From: Treponematales bacterium
Lineage (GTDB): Bacteria; Spirochaetota; Spirochaetia; Treponematales; UBA12059
DNA: 36,905 bases
NCBI GenBank assembly: GCA_041738475.1
Contig: JBGSPT010000309.1
Location: forward strand, 1 to 36,905
Direction of reading: 5' to 3'
Within the stretch, counting starts at the first letter, position 1, and the number at the start of each line of letters is the position of its first letter. The position numbers and the translations under genes are program-made. The notes below the pieces were generated by a model. It saw only the letters and a program-made list of their open reading frames with translations, did not search any database and was not told the DNA's origin. This document shows, piece by piece, positions 18,114-27,665 of this stretch.

Positions 18114-18968
18114 TCATTCGTCGGATTCGCCCATTTCCTTGTCGGATTCGTCCGAATCCTCGTCGTAGGAATCCTCTTCCGCCTCGTCGGAGAAATCGTC
18201 CAGGTCCGCGAGGCTCCCGGACTCGATATCCGCGATCAGGTCGCCTGCGGATTCCTCGGCTTCCTGGTAGTGGAGCACCCGGGAACAGTAGGGGCAGAAG
18301 ACGATCTTGTTGCCCTGCCGCACCTCGTTGACGAACTGGGCGGGCAGGATCATGGAACATCCGGAGCAAACGTAACCCCGAACCGGGACGATTCCCAAGC
18401 CCTGCTTAGACCGGATGATCCGCTCGAACTTGAAGGTGATCTCCGTGTCGATCCCCTCGGTGGCGGTCTTCTCGGAGGTCCGGAGTTCCGCGACCCGGGC
18501 CTGCTTGGCCGAGGTTTCCTCCGAGATCTTGCGCTTCTTATCCTGGATCTCCGATTCCTGCAGCTGGATCATGGATTCGTCCCGCTTGAAGGATTCCTCG
18601 ATCTCCGCCAGGGCCCGTTCCTCTTTCTGAAGGTCCTTGCGAACCTGGTGCTCCTTGTCCGTGGCGTCCCGGATCTCCTTGTTCAAGGCCTCGTATTCCC
18701 GCTGGGTGGAGATGGTATCCATCAGCTTTTCCGCCCGTTCCCGGGACGCTTCCGCCTCGGCCAGCTCGTTGCGCAGCTCGGCCACCCGGGTCGTGACGGC
18801 CTGGAGCTGCTCGGTTTTCTCTGCGTATCCCTTCTTGACGCGGGCCAGGAGCTCTTCCTGGGCCACCAGGGACTTCGGGATGTTCTCGATCTCTCTCTCG
18901 ATCTCCACGCGCTCCTTGAGGATGTCCTGGAATTGCCGGAGCCGCTCGAAAACCTCTTCCATCAACAT
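18114..18968 (-). CDS. Coiled-coil C4 zinc-ribbon protein (DUF164 / HP0958-CT398 family)
   Basis: Long coiled coil (REYEALNKEI) followed by CSGCSM...FCPYCSRVL and a very acidic tail. SD GAGGTG upstream. Confidence 0.88.
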   Translation of the reverse strand: MLMEEVFERLRQFQDILKERVEIEREIENIPKSLVAQEELLARVKKGYAEKTEQLQAVTTRVAELRNELAEAEASRERAEKLMDTISTQREYEALNKEIRDATDKEHQVRKDLQKEERALAEIEESFKRDESMIQLQESEIQDKKRKISEETSAKQARVAELRTSEKTATEGIDTEITFKFERIIRSKQGLGIVPVRGYVCSGCSMILPAQFVNEVRQGNKIVFCPYCSRVLHYQEAEESAGDLIADIESGSLADLDDFSDEAEEDSYDEDSDESDKEMGESDE

Positions 18969-19029
18969 AGGGAATCACCTCGTAGATAATATCCAAGTCC
19001 GCAACGATAGCACGGAACGCGCCTGGTCA

Positions 19030-20745
19030 TCAATGATCCATGTAGTCCCGGAGCTTCTGGCTCCGTTTGAAATGCCGCAGCTTCTTGAGAGCCTTGGCTT
19101 CGATCTGCCGGATGCGCTCCCGGGTGACGTTAAAATACAGCCCCACCTCTTCCAGGGTCAGGGAATAGCCGTCGTCCAGGCCGAAACGCATGCGCAGGAC
19201 TTCCTGTTCCCTGGGCGGCAGGGTCGACAGGACCGAGCGGATCTGTTCCTGCAGGAGCTTGTAGTCCGTCTGTACCGAGGGATTCTCGATCTCCTTGTCC
19301 TCGATAAAGTCCCCGAGCAGGGAATCCTCGTCCTCCCCGATCGGAGTTTCCAGGGAGATGGGCTCCCGGGCGACGTTCTTGACGCTTTTCACCCTGCTTA
19401 CGGGCCATCCGAGCTGCTGGGCCACTTCCTCGTCCGTGGGCTCCCGGCCGAGCTTCTGCATCAGCTGGCGGGATTCCCGTACCACCTTGTTAATCTGCTC
19501 GATCATGTGGACCGGAACCCGGATGGTCCTGGCCTGGTCGCTTATTGACCGGGTGATGGCCTGGCGGATCCACCAGGTGGCGTAGGTTGAGAACTTGTAG
19601 CCCTTCCGGTACTCGAACTTCTCCACCGCCTTGATCAGGCCGATGTTCCCCTCTTGGACAAGGTCGAAGAAGTGGAGGCCACGGTTCGTGTACTTCTTGG
19701 CGATGGAGACCACCAGCCGCAGGTTCGCCTTGATCAGGCGATCCTTGGCGTTCTTCATCATGATCCGGCCGCGGTTGATCTCCTTGGCCATGGTGAGGAT
19801 GGTGTCGCAGCCGCATTCGAAGGAATTCTCGAGTTCGTCCAGGCGTTTTTCCGTCACCTGGATCTGCCGGATCCTCTCCTTGATCTCGTCCGAGGAGAGG
19901 CCGATTTCCGTCTCTATCCTGTCCCGGCGGTCCCGGATGGTTAGGTTTCGGCCCAGGGCCCGGAGCTCCCTCAGGTTGGATACCTGAAGGGTCTTTTCCA
20001 GACGCTCCTGCTCCCGCCGGTACTTCCGGATCTTCTTGGCCGCGAGAATGAACTTCTCGGAGAAGGAATTGATCTCCTCGGGGTGGATTTCCACGTCCCG
20101 AAGCTTCTCCAGGAGCGCCTCCCGGGAGGTTTCCAGCCCCTCGTCCTTGAGGGCGTCGCCGCCCCGGGACAGTATGCGGCGTTTGGTCTCGACGTAGGCC
20201 CGGAGGTCCGTCGACGTATCCCGGATGACGTCGCGGTAGAACTGGTTGAGCCGGCGACGTTCCGCGATCTTTTCCGTGTTTTCCTTGCGCTGGGGCCCGG
20301 ACTCCCGTTTGGCCTTCTGCGAGATCTGGTAGAACTCGGGGATGAGCATTCCGCTGGTGCGGATGATGCCCTTGATGATCCCCTCGCCCTCCTCCATCTG
20401 CTTGGAGAGTTCCACCTCCTGCTCCGCGGTCAGGAGGTTCTCCTTGCCGATCTCCCGGAGATAGAGCCGGATGGGATCGTCGACCGCGGACTCCTTGTCC
20501 GTATAGACCAGGCGTTTTTTGGCGGATTCGATCTCCTTGACCGCCGCCTCCTCGTCCGCCGGACTCTCCTCTTCCTCGAGCCGTATGTTGTGACTCTCCA
20601 GGAGCGCGAGTACCCCGTCTATCTTGTCAGTATTGAGCACGTGCTCCGGCAGGAAATCCGAGAGTTCGTCGAAGGTGATCGAACTCTTGGATTTCGCGTA
20701 TTCGAGGAGCTTGGCTACCGCGGGATCGAGTTCAAGATCGCTCAT
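19030..20745 (-). CDS. rpoD: RNA polymerase primary sigma factor sigma70
   Basis: [78 protein letters not shown]. Confidence 0.98.
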   Translation of the reverse strand: MSDLELDPAVAKLLEYAKSKSSITFDELSDFLPEHVLNTDKIDGVLALLESHNIRLEEEESPADEEAAVKEIESAKKRLVYTDKESAVDDPIRLYLREIGKENLLTAEQEVELSKQMEEGEGIIKGIIRTSGMLIPEFYQISQKAKRESGPQRKENTEKIAERRRLNQFYRDVIRDTSTDLRAYVETKRRILSRGGDALKDEGLETSREALLEKLRDVEIHPEEINSFSEKFILAAKKIRKYRREQERLEKTLQVSNLRELRALGRNLTIRDRRDRIETEIGLSSDEIKERIRQIQVTEKRLDELENSFECGCDTILTMAKEINRGRIMMKNAKDRLIKANLRLVVSIAKKYTNRGLHFFDLVQEGNIGLIKAVEKFEYRKGYKFSTYATWWIRQAITRSISDQARTIRVPVHMIEQINKVVRESRQLMQKLGREPTDEEVAQQLGWPVSRVKSVKNVAREPISLETPIGEDEDSLLGDFIEDKEIENPSVQTDYKLLQEQIRSVLSTLPPREQEVLRMRFGLDDGYSLTLEEVGLYFNVTRERIRQIEAKALKKLRHFKRSQKLRDYMDH

Positions 20746-22534
20746 TCCGCTCTTCCTTTATCTTTTCCAGCTCTTGGTCGATGAACATCTTCTCGTACAG
20801 AAGATCGTTCACCGAAACCGAGTCCGCTTCCCGTTCCGCATTATAGTCCGCGATCTGCCGTACCACCCGGGCACGCCGCCTCTCGAAGCTTCGTTCCCGG
20901 ACGTTCAGGATGCCGTCCCGTATCAGGCGATCCGGCTGGATCTCGTACTCCCCCTTCGCCGCCCGTTCCATAAGGAAATTCCTGAGCCCCGGGTTGCCGA
21001 TGCGTCCAAGCAGTTCGTCCAGGCTCTCCTCGTCGTTCCGGAAACACTCCTCCAGGGCGAGGAAAAGCTCCCGGGAAGCTTCGTCGTCCAGGTCCGACGC
21101 CTCCATGCGGGATCGGACGACGGCGAACTGGCCGGGATTCAAGGCCGCGGCGGCGAGAAACGCCAGATCCGACGTAGGCCTCAGGGCGGGGATCCTGTCC
21201 CCGGAGACGGCAGATCCGTCCTCCCGTCCGCCGGATTTCCGGAATTTCTCGAAATCCGCCAGCACACGGTCCATCTTGCTACGGAACTCCCGGGCCGCGA
21301 AATCGGCGAATTCCGAGAGGCGGATCTCCGAATCCAGGGAGGACATGTATGGAAACAACGATCTCAGGGCGAGGGCCTTCCCTTCGGCGGTCGTGATATC
21401 CTGCGCCGCCCGTGCACGGCGCACGATAAAATCGTCTCCATTTATAGTGAAAGACGGAATCTTTTTCAATTGCTCCGGGCCCTTTGTCTCCAGAATTTCG
21501 GCGGGATCCTTCCCGCCCTCGATTACGAGCACCTTGGCGCGAAGACCGTTGCGGGCGGCGGTCATGAGCGCTTTCTCCGTAGCCCGTTGGCCCGCATCGT
21601 CGGAATCGAAGCAGAAGACAGCCAAATCCGCGTACCTTCGCAGCAATCGGGCCTGCCCGTCCGTGAAGGCGGTTCCCAGGGGAGCCACGGCGTATCGCAC
21701 GCCCGCTTGGTGGAAGGCCAGCACGTCCATGTAGCCCTCGCAGACCAGGGCCGTGCGGTCCTGACGGATTACCTTGGCGGCCGCGGAGAGGGCGAAAAGG
21801 TTGTCCTGCTTGTGGAAGATCCGGCTTTCCGGGGAATTCAGGTACTTGGGGCCGTCTCCTTCCAATAGACGTCCGCCGAAGGCGACGCTACGGCCCCGGG
21901 GATCCGTGATCGGAAACATCACCCGGTCCGCGAAGAACGAGCGGTCCGGACGGTCCCGGGAAAAAAGACCCGAGGCGGAGAGGAAATCCGCGGAATACCC
22001 CTTCTTACGCAGGAATTCGAAAAGCCACCCTCGGTCCCGAGGGGCGTAGCCGAGGCGGAAGGATTCCTGTATTTCCGGAGAAACCTTTCGACGTGCCAGA
22101 TAATCCCGGGCCGCCTTCCCGGAGGGATGTTCCCGGAGAAGCCACCGGAAGGCTGAGGTGAGGCGTTCGTATAGCTCGTACTGTGACTCGCGCTCCCGGT
22201 TTTCCCGGGCCGCCTCGTCGGGAGAGCCGTCCTCTCCCTCATACTCCAGCCGGACACCGGCTTTTTCCGCCAGGCGTTCCACGGCGTCCACGAAAGAGAG
22301 TCCCTCGATCTCCCGGAGGAAGGCTATGGCGTCCCCGCCTTTCTGACAGCCGAAGCAGTAGAACAGGCCTTTATCCGGCACTACGTTGAAGGAGGGCGTC
22401 TTTTCGTTGTGGAAGGGGCACAAACCCTTGTAGCCGGAACCCGAACGCTGGAGTCGGACGTAGTCTCCGATCACGGCTGCCAGGTCCGTCCGGTCCAGGA
22501 CGGCATCCAGGGAATCCTTGCGTATACGCTTCAT
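20732..22534 (-). CDS. dnaG: DNA primase
   Basis: CHC2 zinc finger [11 protein letters not shown]...[13 protein letters not shown], Toprim EGYMDV and FDSDDAG. Confidence 0.97.
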   Translation of the reverse strand: MKRIRKDSLDAVLDRTDLAAVIGDYVRLQRSGSGYKGLCPFHNEKTPSFNVVPDKGLFYCFGCQKGGDAIAFLREIEGLSFVDAVERLAEKAGVRLEYEGEDGSPDEAARENRERESQYELYERLTSAFRWLLREHPSGKAARDYLARRKVSPEIQESFRLGYAPRDRGWLFEFLRKKGYSADFLSASGLFSRDRPDRSFFADRVMFPITDPRGRSVAFGGRLLEGDGPKYLNSPESRIFHKQDNLFALSAAAKVIRQDRTALVCEGYMDVLAFHQAGVRYAVAPLGTAFTDGQARLLRRYADLAVFCFDSDDAGQRATEKALMTAARNGLRAKVLVIEGGKDPAEILETKGPEQLKKIPSFTINGDDFIVRRARAAQDITTAEGKALALRSLFPYMSSLDSEIRLSEFADFAAREFRSKMDRVLADFEKFRKSGGREDGSAVSGDRIPALRPTSDLAFLAAAALNPGQFAVVRSRMEASDLDDEASRELFLALEECFRNDEESLDELLGRIGNPGLRNFLMERAAKGEYEIQPDRLIRDGILNVRERSFERRRARVVRQIADYNAEREADSVSVNDLLYEKMFIDQELEKIKEERNERS

Positions 22535-23595
22535 CGTCCCCCGATGCCCTTCACCGCCAGGGCGCCCGCCTTGATGTGCTCGTCCAGGGTCTCCGAGAAA
22601 TAATGCCTCCCCGTACGCGCGTCCAGGAGACGGAAATACAGGTACCGCGAAGGCTCCGGGCGGAATACCGCCTCCAGGGCGGTCATTCCGGGATTCGATA
22701 TGGGGGCAGGGGGGAGCCCCGGGTTCACGTAGGTGTTGAAGGGGTGGCGGATCTCGATGTCCCGATTGTATAGGACTTCGGGATGTTTTTTCCCCTGGAC
22801 CTCGGTGATGATGTACACCACGGTGGCGCAGGATTGCAGGGCCATCCCGATCCGCAGGCGGTTCCAGAAGACCCCCGCGATACGGGGAGCTTCCTCGGGC
22901 AGACGGTATTCCCGCTCCACGACGGAGGCGAGGATGATGCGCCGGTGCAGTTCCTCGGGGGACAGGGAAAGGGACTCGGGCAGGCGTTCCGCAAGGCGGG
23001 ACCGAAGGGCGCCGACCATAAGCCTGACCGCCTCCTCGCCCGGCGTGTCGTGGGGCAGGTAGTAGGTATCCGGAAAGAGGTATCCTTCCGCTGAAGCCGA
23101 AGGAATTCCTAGGGAGGCCAGGAGGGCGGGATCCCGGGCCGCCGCGAGGAATTCGTCCCGTCCCGAGACGCCGGCCTGGGCGAAGACCTCCGCGGTGCGC
23201 CGCAGGGTGTGGCCTTCGGGCACGGTCACCCGGACCAGGGCCTGCTTTCCGGAAACCAGAAGCTCCAGGACGTCCCTGGCCCGCATTCCGGGTTCGATCC
23301 GGTAGGTCCCCCGCTTCAGGGAGGATTGGAGACCGCGGATGCGCAGCAGGCCCTGGAACGCCAGGGCGGAGCGTATCAATCCCTCCTCCTCAAGACGCTC
23401 CGCGATCCCGGCCCCCGATTCCCCGGTTTCCACGGTGAAGAGCGCTCCCTCCGGCGGCAAACCCTCCGGAGCTGCGTCCAGGGATGCGAAAACCGCCACC
23501 GCGCCCGCGGCCAGGAGCATTCCGGTTCCCGCCAGGAGAAGGGGCAGAAGAAATACGATTCTCAGGACGGACTTCGGGGAGGATCGTGTTCCCAT
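22531..23595 (-). CDS. mltG: Endolytic murein transglycosylase MltG (YceG family)
   Basis: TM anchor, TVPEG, EGYLFPDTY, LASVVERE, NRLRIGMALQS, PFNTY..PGLPPAPISNPG. Confidence 0.93.
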   Translation of the reverse strand: MGTRSSPKSVLRIVFLLPLLLAGTGMLLAAGAVAVFASLDAAPEGLPPEGALFTVETGESGAGIAERLEEEGLIRSALAFQGLLRIRGLQSSLKRGTYRIEPGMRARDVLELLVSGKQALVRVTVPEGHTLRRTAEVFAQAGVSGRDEFLAAARDPALLASLGIPSASAEGYLFPDTYYLPHDTPGEEAVRLMVGALRSRLAERLPESLSLSPEELHRRIILASVVEREYRLPEEAPRIAGVFWNRLRIGMALQSCATVVYIITEVQGKKHPEVLYNRDIEIRHPFNTYVNPGLPPAPISNPGMTALEAVFRPEPSRYLYFRLLDARTGRHYFSETLDEHIKAGALAVKGIGGR

Positions 23596-23602
23596 AGGAT
23601 AC

Positions 23603-23821
23603 CTACCGCTTCGCGGCTTCCGCCGCCGTAAGGATGCCTAGATAGACTTCGATGTTCTCCATCTCCTCGATGGAAAGGCGTGAATACAGACGTTCCCGCA
23701 GCTTTTCCAGCACGCCGGATACTTCCTGGGGCATCGTGTCCTCCGCCCGCTTCAGGAAACGGTACAGCTCTATCGTCTCCCGCGGACTCAAGCGCAGGTC
23801 GTAGGGATCAAGGATCGTCAT
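23603..23821 (-). CDS. Small hypothetical protein (72 aa)
   Basis: Fills the gap between the MBL gene and mltG exactly. SD GAGG upstream. Helical composition (LYSRLSIEEMENI). Confidence 0.7.
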   Translation of the reverse strand: MTILDPYDLRLSPRETIELYRFLKRAEDTMPQEVSGVLEKLRERLYSRLSIEEMENIEVYLGILTAAEAAKR

Positions 23822-23822
23822 A

Positions 23823-24761
23823 TCAAACCTCTATGGTAAGCCCGTCCCGGGCGAGTATGACCTCGAGACCCTTGGTTTCCAGCCGTTCGACGTACCACTC
23901 CGCGGACTGGAGCAGCTTGTGTATCTTCCGGTCGTCGTAGGAGGGTTCGTGGTGGAAGAGAATGAGCCGCTTGATTCCCCAGGTGGACGCGAAATCCGCG
24001 GCAAGGCTGAAGGATGAATGACCCCAATTGTACTTCTCGATGGCCTCCCCCAAGGTGTACTGGGCGTCGATGATCAGGGCGTCGGCTCCCCTGAAATATG
24101 CCGCATTCTCGGGGGTCCGCTCGAAATCGACGGGCTGCAGCTCCGTGTCCGTCGAATATACTACTTTCCTGCCGTCGCAGAGTACCGAATAGCTCCAGCA
24201 ACCGCCGGGATGGTTCATCCTCCTCGGCACGACGCGCGCGCCGCCTATGCGCACGCCCTCGGAACCGATCTTCCTGAATTCAAGGGAGGCCCTCATCACG
24301 TCCATGGTGACCGGGAAATAGGGGGGACGCATTTGCCCTTCCAGGGTTTCCTTCAAGCCCTGCTCGGGGCTGTAGAAGGTTATCGAGGAGGAGGGATTGA
24401 AGGCGGGGGCGAAGAACGGCAGGCCCTGAACGTGGTCCCAGTGGAAGTGGGAGAAGAAGACATGGCAGCGGGCGGGTCCCCGGAACCCGGCGATCTCGGC
24501 GCCGAGATCGCGGATGCCGGTTCCCGCGTCGAAGATGATTCGTTCCGCCGTGTCGGCGGCGATCTCCACGCAGGAGGTGTTCCCTCCGACGGTGGAAAAG
24601 ATCTCGTCGGGCAGGGAGGCCAGGAAGCGCTCCCGGCTCTCGGGGCTTTCGATGTCCTTGCGGGTCACCCGCTGGACCACCGCCGCTATCTTGCTCCGGA
24701 TGGCGTCGGAGCTCAAGGGTGTCGGGATGGATCCCCTAACCCCCCAGAATCGTATGTTCAT
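23823..24761 (-). CDS. Metallo-beta-lactamase fold hydrolase (phosphodiesterase-like)
   Basis: FWGVRGSIPTP, GGNTSCV, DAGTG, SHFHWDH (HxHxDH), HPGG, TDTE, WGHS, FHHEP. Confidence 0.92.
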   Translation of the reverse strand: MNIRFWGVRGSIPTPLSSDAIRSKIAAVVQRVTRKDIESPESRERFLASLPDEIFSTVGGNTSCVEIAADTAERIIFDAGTGIRDLGAEIAGFRGPARCHVFFSHFHWDHVQGLPFFAPAFNPSSSITFYSPEQGLKETLEGQMRPPYFPVTMDVMRASLEFRKIGSEGVRIGGARVVPRRMNHPGGCWSYSVLCDGRKVVYSTDTELQPVDFERTPENAAYFRGADALIIDAQYTLGEAIEKYNWGHSSFSLAADFASTWGIKRLILFHHEPSYDDRKIHKLLQSAEWYVERLETKGLEVILARDGLTIEV

Positions 24762-25221
24762 CTAGGGACTCCGGATCCGCTCCGGGGTCGAGAAGGATCG
24801 GAGAGTTCCTGCGATACGCCCATAGAGCCTCCTCGATTTCCGCGCGGGGGCGCACCGGTCCCCGCCCTATCCCGGGACAGCGCCCGGCTTCGCGGGTCCA
24901 GTCCTTCCGGGAATCGACGACACCCGGCCAGAACGGGTAGGTCCTGCATTGTACGGGCCGGGATTCATATACGGTACAGCCGTTCTTCCAGAATATGCAG
25001 TCGTATTCCCCGGTTTCCTTGAGACTGACGGCGGTACCACCCCCGAGAGGCACCAGCCTACAGTATTTGGCGAAGAATCCCTTGAAATCAAGGCCCAGAT
25101 GATCCAAGAGCGGGCGCAGATCCGCGGCGGAGAGGAGCACGAGACCGGGTTCATGCCGGCAGCATGCGGAACAGCGGGAACAGTCGAACCGCAGACCGCC
25201 GCCCCAGAATACGTCGGACAA
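24736..25221 (-). CDS. YkgJ family cysteine-cluster (CxxCxxCC) protein
   Basis: CSRCSACC...CIFWKNGCTVYESRPVQCRTYPFW. Start placed at TTG 25221, downstream of SD GGAGGTG (25233-25227). Confidence 0.87.
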   Translation of the reverse strand: MSDVFWGGGLRFDCSRCSACCRHEPGLVLLSAADLRPLLDHLGLDFKGFFAKYCRLVPLGGGTAVSLKETGEYDCIFWKNGCTVYESRPVQCRTYPFWPGVVDSRKDWTREAGRCPGIGRGPVRPRAEIEEALWAYRRNSPILLDPGADPESLDEHTILGG

Positions 25222-25240
25222 AGAATCACCTCCGGACAAG

Positions 25241-25269
25241 AAAAAACCCTCTCAAACCATGAGAGGGTT
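25241..25269 (-). terminator. Terminator after tRNA-Tyr
   Basis: AACCCTCTCA / TGAGAGGGTT 10-bp stem with a 5-nt loop, followed on the minus strand by a U-tract (A run at 25241-25246). Confidence 0.75.
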
Positions 25270-25270
25270 C

Positions 25271-25352
25271 TGGGGAGAGAAGGATTTGAACCTTCGAAGG
25301 CATAGCCAACAGATTTACAGTCTGCCCCCTTTGACCACTCGGGAATCTCCCC
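25271..25352 (-). tRNA. tRNA-Tyr (GTA)
   Basis: Reverse complement GGGGAGATTCCCGAGTGGTCAAAGGGGGCAGACTGTAAATCTG...GGTTCAAATCCTTCTCTCCCCA. Long variable arm; CCA not encoded. Confidence 0.97.
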
Positions 25353-25381
25353 CTATGAAACACGCCGTCCGCCGGGGCTCG

Positions 25382-25454
25382 AGCCATCTCCCGGAATCGA
25401 ACCGGGGACCTCGAGATTACAAGTCACGCGCTCTACCGACTGAGCTAAGATGGC
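25382..25454 (-). tRNA. tRNA-Thr (TGT)
   Basis: Reverse complement GCCATCTTAGCTCAGTCGGTAGAGCGCGTGACTTGTAATCTCGAGGTCCCCGGTTCGATTCCGGGAGATGGCT. Confidence 0.95.
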
Positions 25455-25583
25455 GTTTAAGATCCGGTCCGGAACAGCCCTCCGCGGAACCGCGGCGGGG
25501 GACCTTTCCGGAGCGGGCCCTACCCTAGCATATTCCAAGCATCCTTGTCCACCCCGGGAAGGCTGGGGATTAACCAAAATCAT

Positions 25584-27665
25584 TCACCGCAGAGGCGCGA
25601 AATACCCCGACTCGTCCCTGCCGGACTTCCTGAAGAGGTAGGCTTCCACGATAACCCTTAGATAGGTTCTCCCGAACCCGGGATCCGCGGAGCTCTGGAA
25701 ACGGAGGCGGTACCGGCCTGTCGGAGCGCTCCTGAGATCCGCGCCGATGCGCCCGAGCCCCGCGGGTTCCCAGACCCGGTAGACGCCGCCGCCCGCGGCG
25801 GCAGCCAAGTACCGCACCGCATCGGAGGCCGGGGCGTCCCCGACGATCACGGCGTAGAACCGGATGCCGTTGTTGCGCAGGTAGGTTCCCAGCTCGGACA
25901 GGGTGGATCCCTCGAATCCGGACTCGTTCAAGGTTCCCGTCGTGACATAGACTACCGCGGATCTCCGCAGTCCCGCGGCGAGGGTGGAAACGGACAGCCT
26001 CAGGGCGGAGTCGAAGCGCCAGAGGGGATCTACCGCGGAGGATATCGCCTGACGGGCGAGGATGGGGCCGCCTGCGGAGCCCGATGCGGTACCCTGCAGG
26101 GCCGGTATGCGCCCGGCGGTCACCAGGAAAGCCTCGGACGGTTCTCCCAAGCCGGCGGTTACGGATTCCACGGCCTCCCGGACTTCGGTTCTGTACGCGT
26201 CGATCCCCGGGGAGCGTTCCACGAGGAGGGCCACGGCGACTCCCGGCGTGTCGGATTCCCTGCCCAGGAGGGTGAGCTCCCGGACGGGGGCGAGGGTTTC
26301 CGAGCGAACCCGGGCTTCCGTTTCTCCCTCCTTGACGGACTGTTCCGCCACGATCTGCTCGGAGGCGTAGAAGTTTCCCTGATCCAAGCCGACCACGGGA
26401 TTCCCGAAGCGGTCGCGGACGTAGATCTCCGCTTCGACCACGGGGAAGGCGTCGGATCGGATCCTCTCGATTTCGAGGAAATATCCGCCGTACACGACCG
26501 CCGGGTCCGAGAGCACGTCCACCAGGGACGCGTCGAAATCCGCGGCCAGCACGTTGCCGTTCGAATCCAGGGCTGCGGAGACTATGCGGGCGGCGGGTCT
26601 GGGAGACCGGTAGATCTCCCGGACGTCGAAGGTGCCCGTATCCGCGGCCAGCACGCGCCTGCGGTCCGCGATCAAGAGCTCCGCATCACCGGTAAACGAC
26701 AAGCCTTCCGGCCCCAGGAGGATTCCCTCCCCGAAGGAGTCCAGGTAGTTCCCGGAGTCGTCGAACACGTAGATCGCCTTGCGCAGGGTGTCCGCCACGT
26801 AGACCCTTCCGTCCCGGACGGCTATGCCCGTCGGAGAACGAAGCCCCGGAAAAGCCGACGTGGATCCGCCGAATTCCAGGAGGAACTCTCCCGCGGGGGA
26901 ATATTTCGCGACCCTTCCGTTGCCGTAGTCCACGACGAACAGGAATCCGCCGAGATCGGCGGCGAGATACTGCGGGCCCGTCAGCCGCTCCCTGCCCCTA
27001 CCTCCGGATATCCGGGAAATCACGTTCCCGTCGGCGTCGCAGCGGGAGATGCGGTCGCCCTGAAACTCGGAAACCCAGAATCCCCCGTCCGGAGCCGGGG
27101 CCAGGGAAAAGGGCCGGTCGAATCCGCCCAGCCCCCCCCGGAATCGCGAACGTACCACGCCGTTGACGTCCAGCCTGAGTATTTCCCCGGTACCGTGGGA
27201 AACCAGGAGGAATCCGCCGTCCCCCAGGGAATGAATCCAGGAAGGCCGCAGGAATCGGGTCTCCTCGCCCTGCAGACCCGGGATTTCGCCCGCGGAGATG
27301 TAGCCGCCGCGGCCGATGCCGGGTTCGATGGATCTGCGGGAGGATACGAACTCCTCGAAACTCTCGATCAGGAGGGATCTGCCCCCTTCCCGGGCCGCCG
27401 CCTCCCATCGGTCCAGGGCGGTACTTTCCAGACCGTTCTTGAAGTATGCCCTGCCCAGCCAGAAGAGCGACAAGGGATCCCGGGCGTTGAAGCCCAGGAC
27501 TCGCTCGAAGAGCAGGATGGACTCGGCGGTCCTGCCGCGGTGATATGCCTGTACGCCCAGGCGGAAGTTTTCCTGCGCCGAAGGATCGGAGATCCCGTAG
27601 GGGAACTGGGCGGCGGCGGCCGCGCAGGCCAGAAAGAGGATGAACAGAGCGGCTGCGTGTTTCAT
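25584..27665 (-). CDS. Exported TPR + NHL beta-propeller + vWA-like domain protein
   Basis: Signal peptide MKHAAALFILFLACAAAAA and an N-terminal TPR (FWLGRAYFKNG). NHL repeats (F.RP, LTGPQYLA, VVDYGNGRV, PTGIAV..GRVYVAD). C-terminal vWA-like region. Start ATG 27665 overlaps the upstream stop. Confidence 0.85.
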   Translation of the reverse strand: MKHAAALFILFLACAAAAAQFPYGISDPSAQENFRLGVQAYHRGRTAESILLFERVLGFNARDPLSLFWLGRAYFKNGLESTALDRWEAAAREGGRSLLIESFEEFVSSRRSIEPGIGRGGYISAGEIPGLQGEETRFLRPSWIHSLGDGGFLLVSHGTGEILRLDVNGVVRSRFRGGLGGFDRPFSLAPAPDGGFWVSEFQGDRISRCDADGNVISRISGGRGRERLTGPQYLAADLGGFLFVVDYGNGRVAKYSPAGEFLLEFGGSTSAFPGLRSPTGIAVRDGRVYVADTLRKAIYVFDDSGNYLDSFGEGILLGPEGLSFTGDAELLIADRRRVLAADTGTFDVREIYRSPRPAARIVSAALDSNGNVLAADFDASLVDVLSDPAVVYGGYFLEIERIRSDAFPVVEAEIYVRDRFGNPVVGLDQGNFYASEQIVAEQSVKEGETEARVRSETLAPVRELTLLGRESDTPGVAVALLVERSPGIDAYRTEVREAVESVTAGLGEPSEAFLVTAGRIPALQGTASGSAGGPILARQAISSAVDPLWRFDSALRLSVSTLAAGLRRSAVVYVTTGTLNESGFEGSTLSELGTYLRNNGIRFYAVIVGDAPASDAVRYLAAAAGGGVYRVWEPAGLGRIGADLRSAPTGRYRLRFQSSADPGFGRTYLRVIVEAYLFRKSGRDESGYFAPLR

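Noticed and set aside
17594-18989. ORFs across the 17.6-18.1 kb gap (17594-17809, 17730-17945, 17915-18106, 17847-18989)
   Set aside because: The region is explained by RNase P RNA and the Zn-ribbon gene.
25271-25454. tRNA genes as integration sites for an island or prophage (also tRNA-Arg 31879-31952)
   Set aside because: No integrase is present and I saw no duplicated tRNA 3' end. The flanks are housekeeping genes.
25259-25641. Short ORFs over the tRNA region (also 31885-32304 and 31950-32351)
   Set aside because: They overlap tRNA genes or maf on the opposite strand and show no coding signal.
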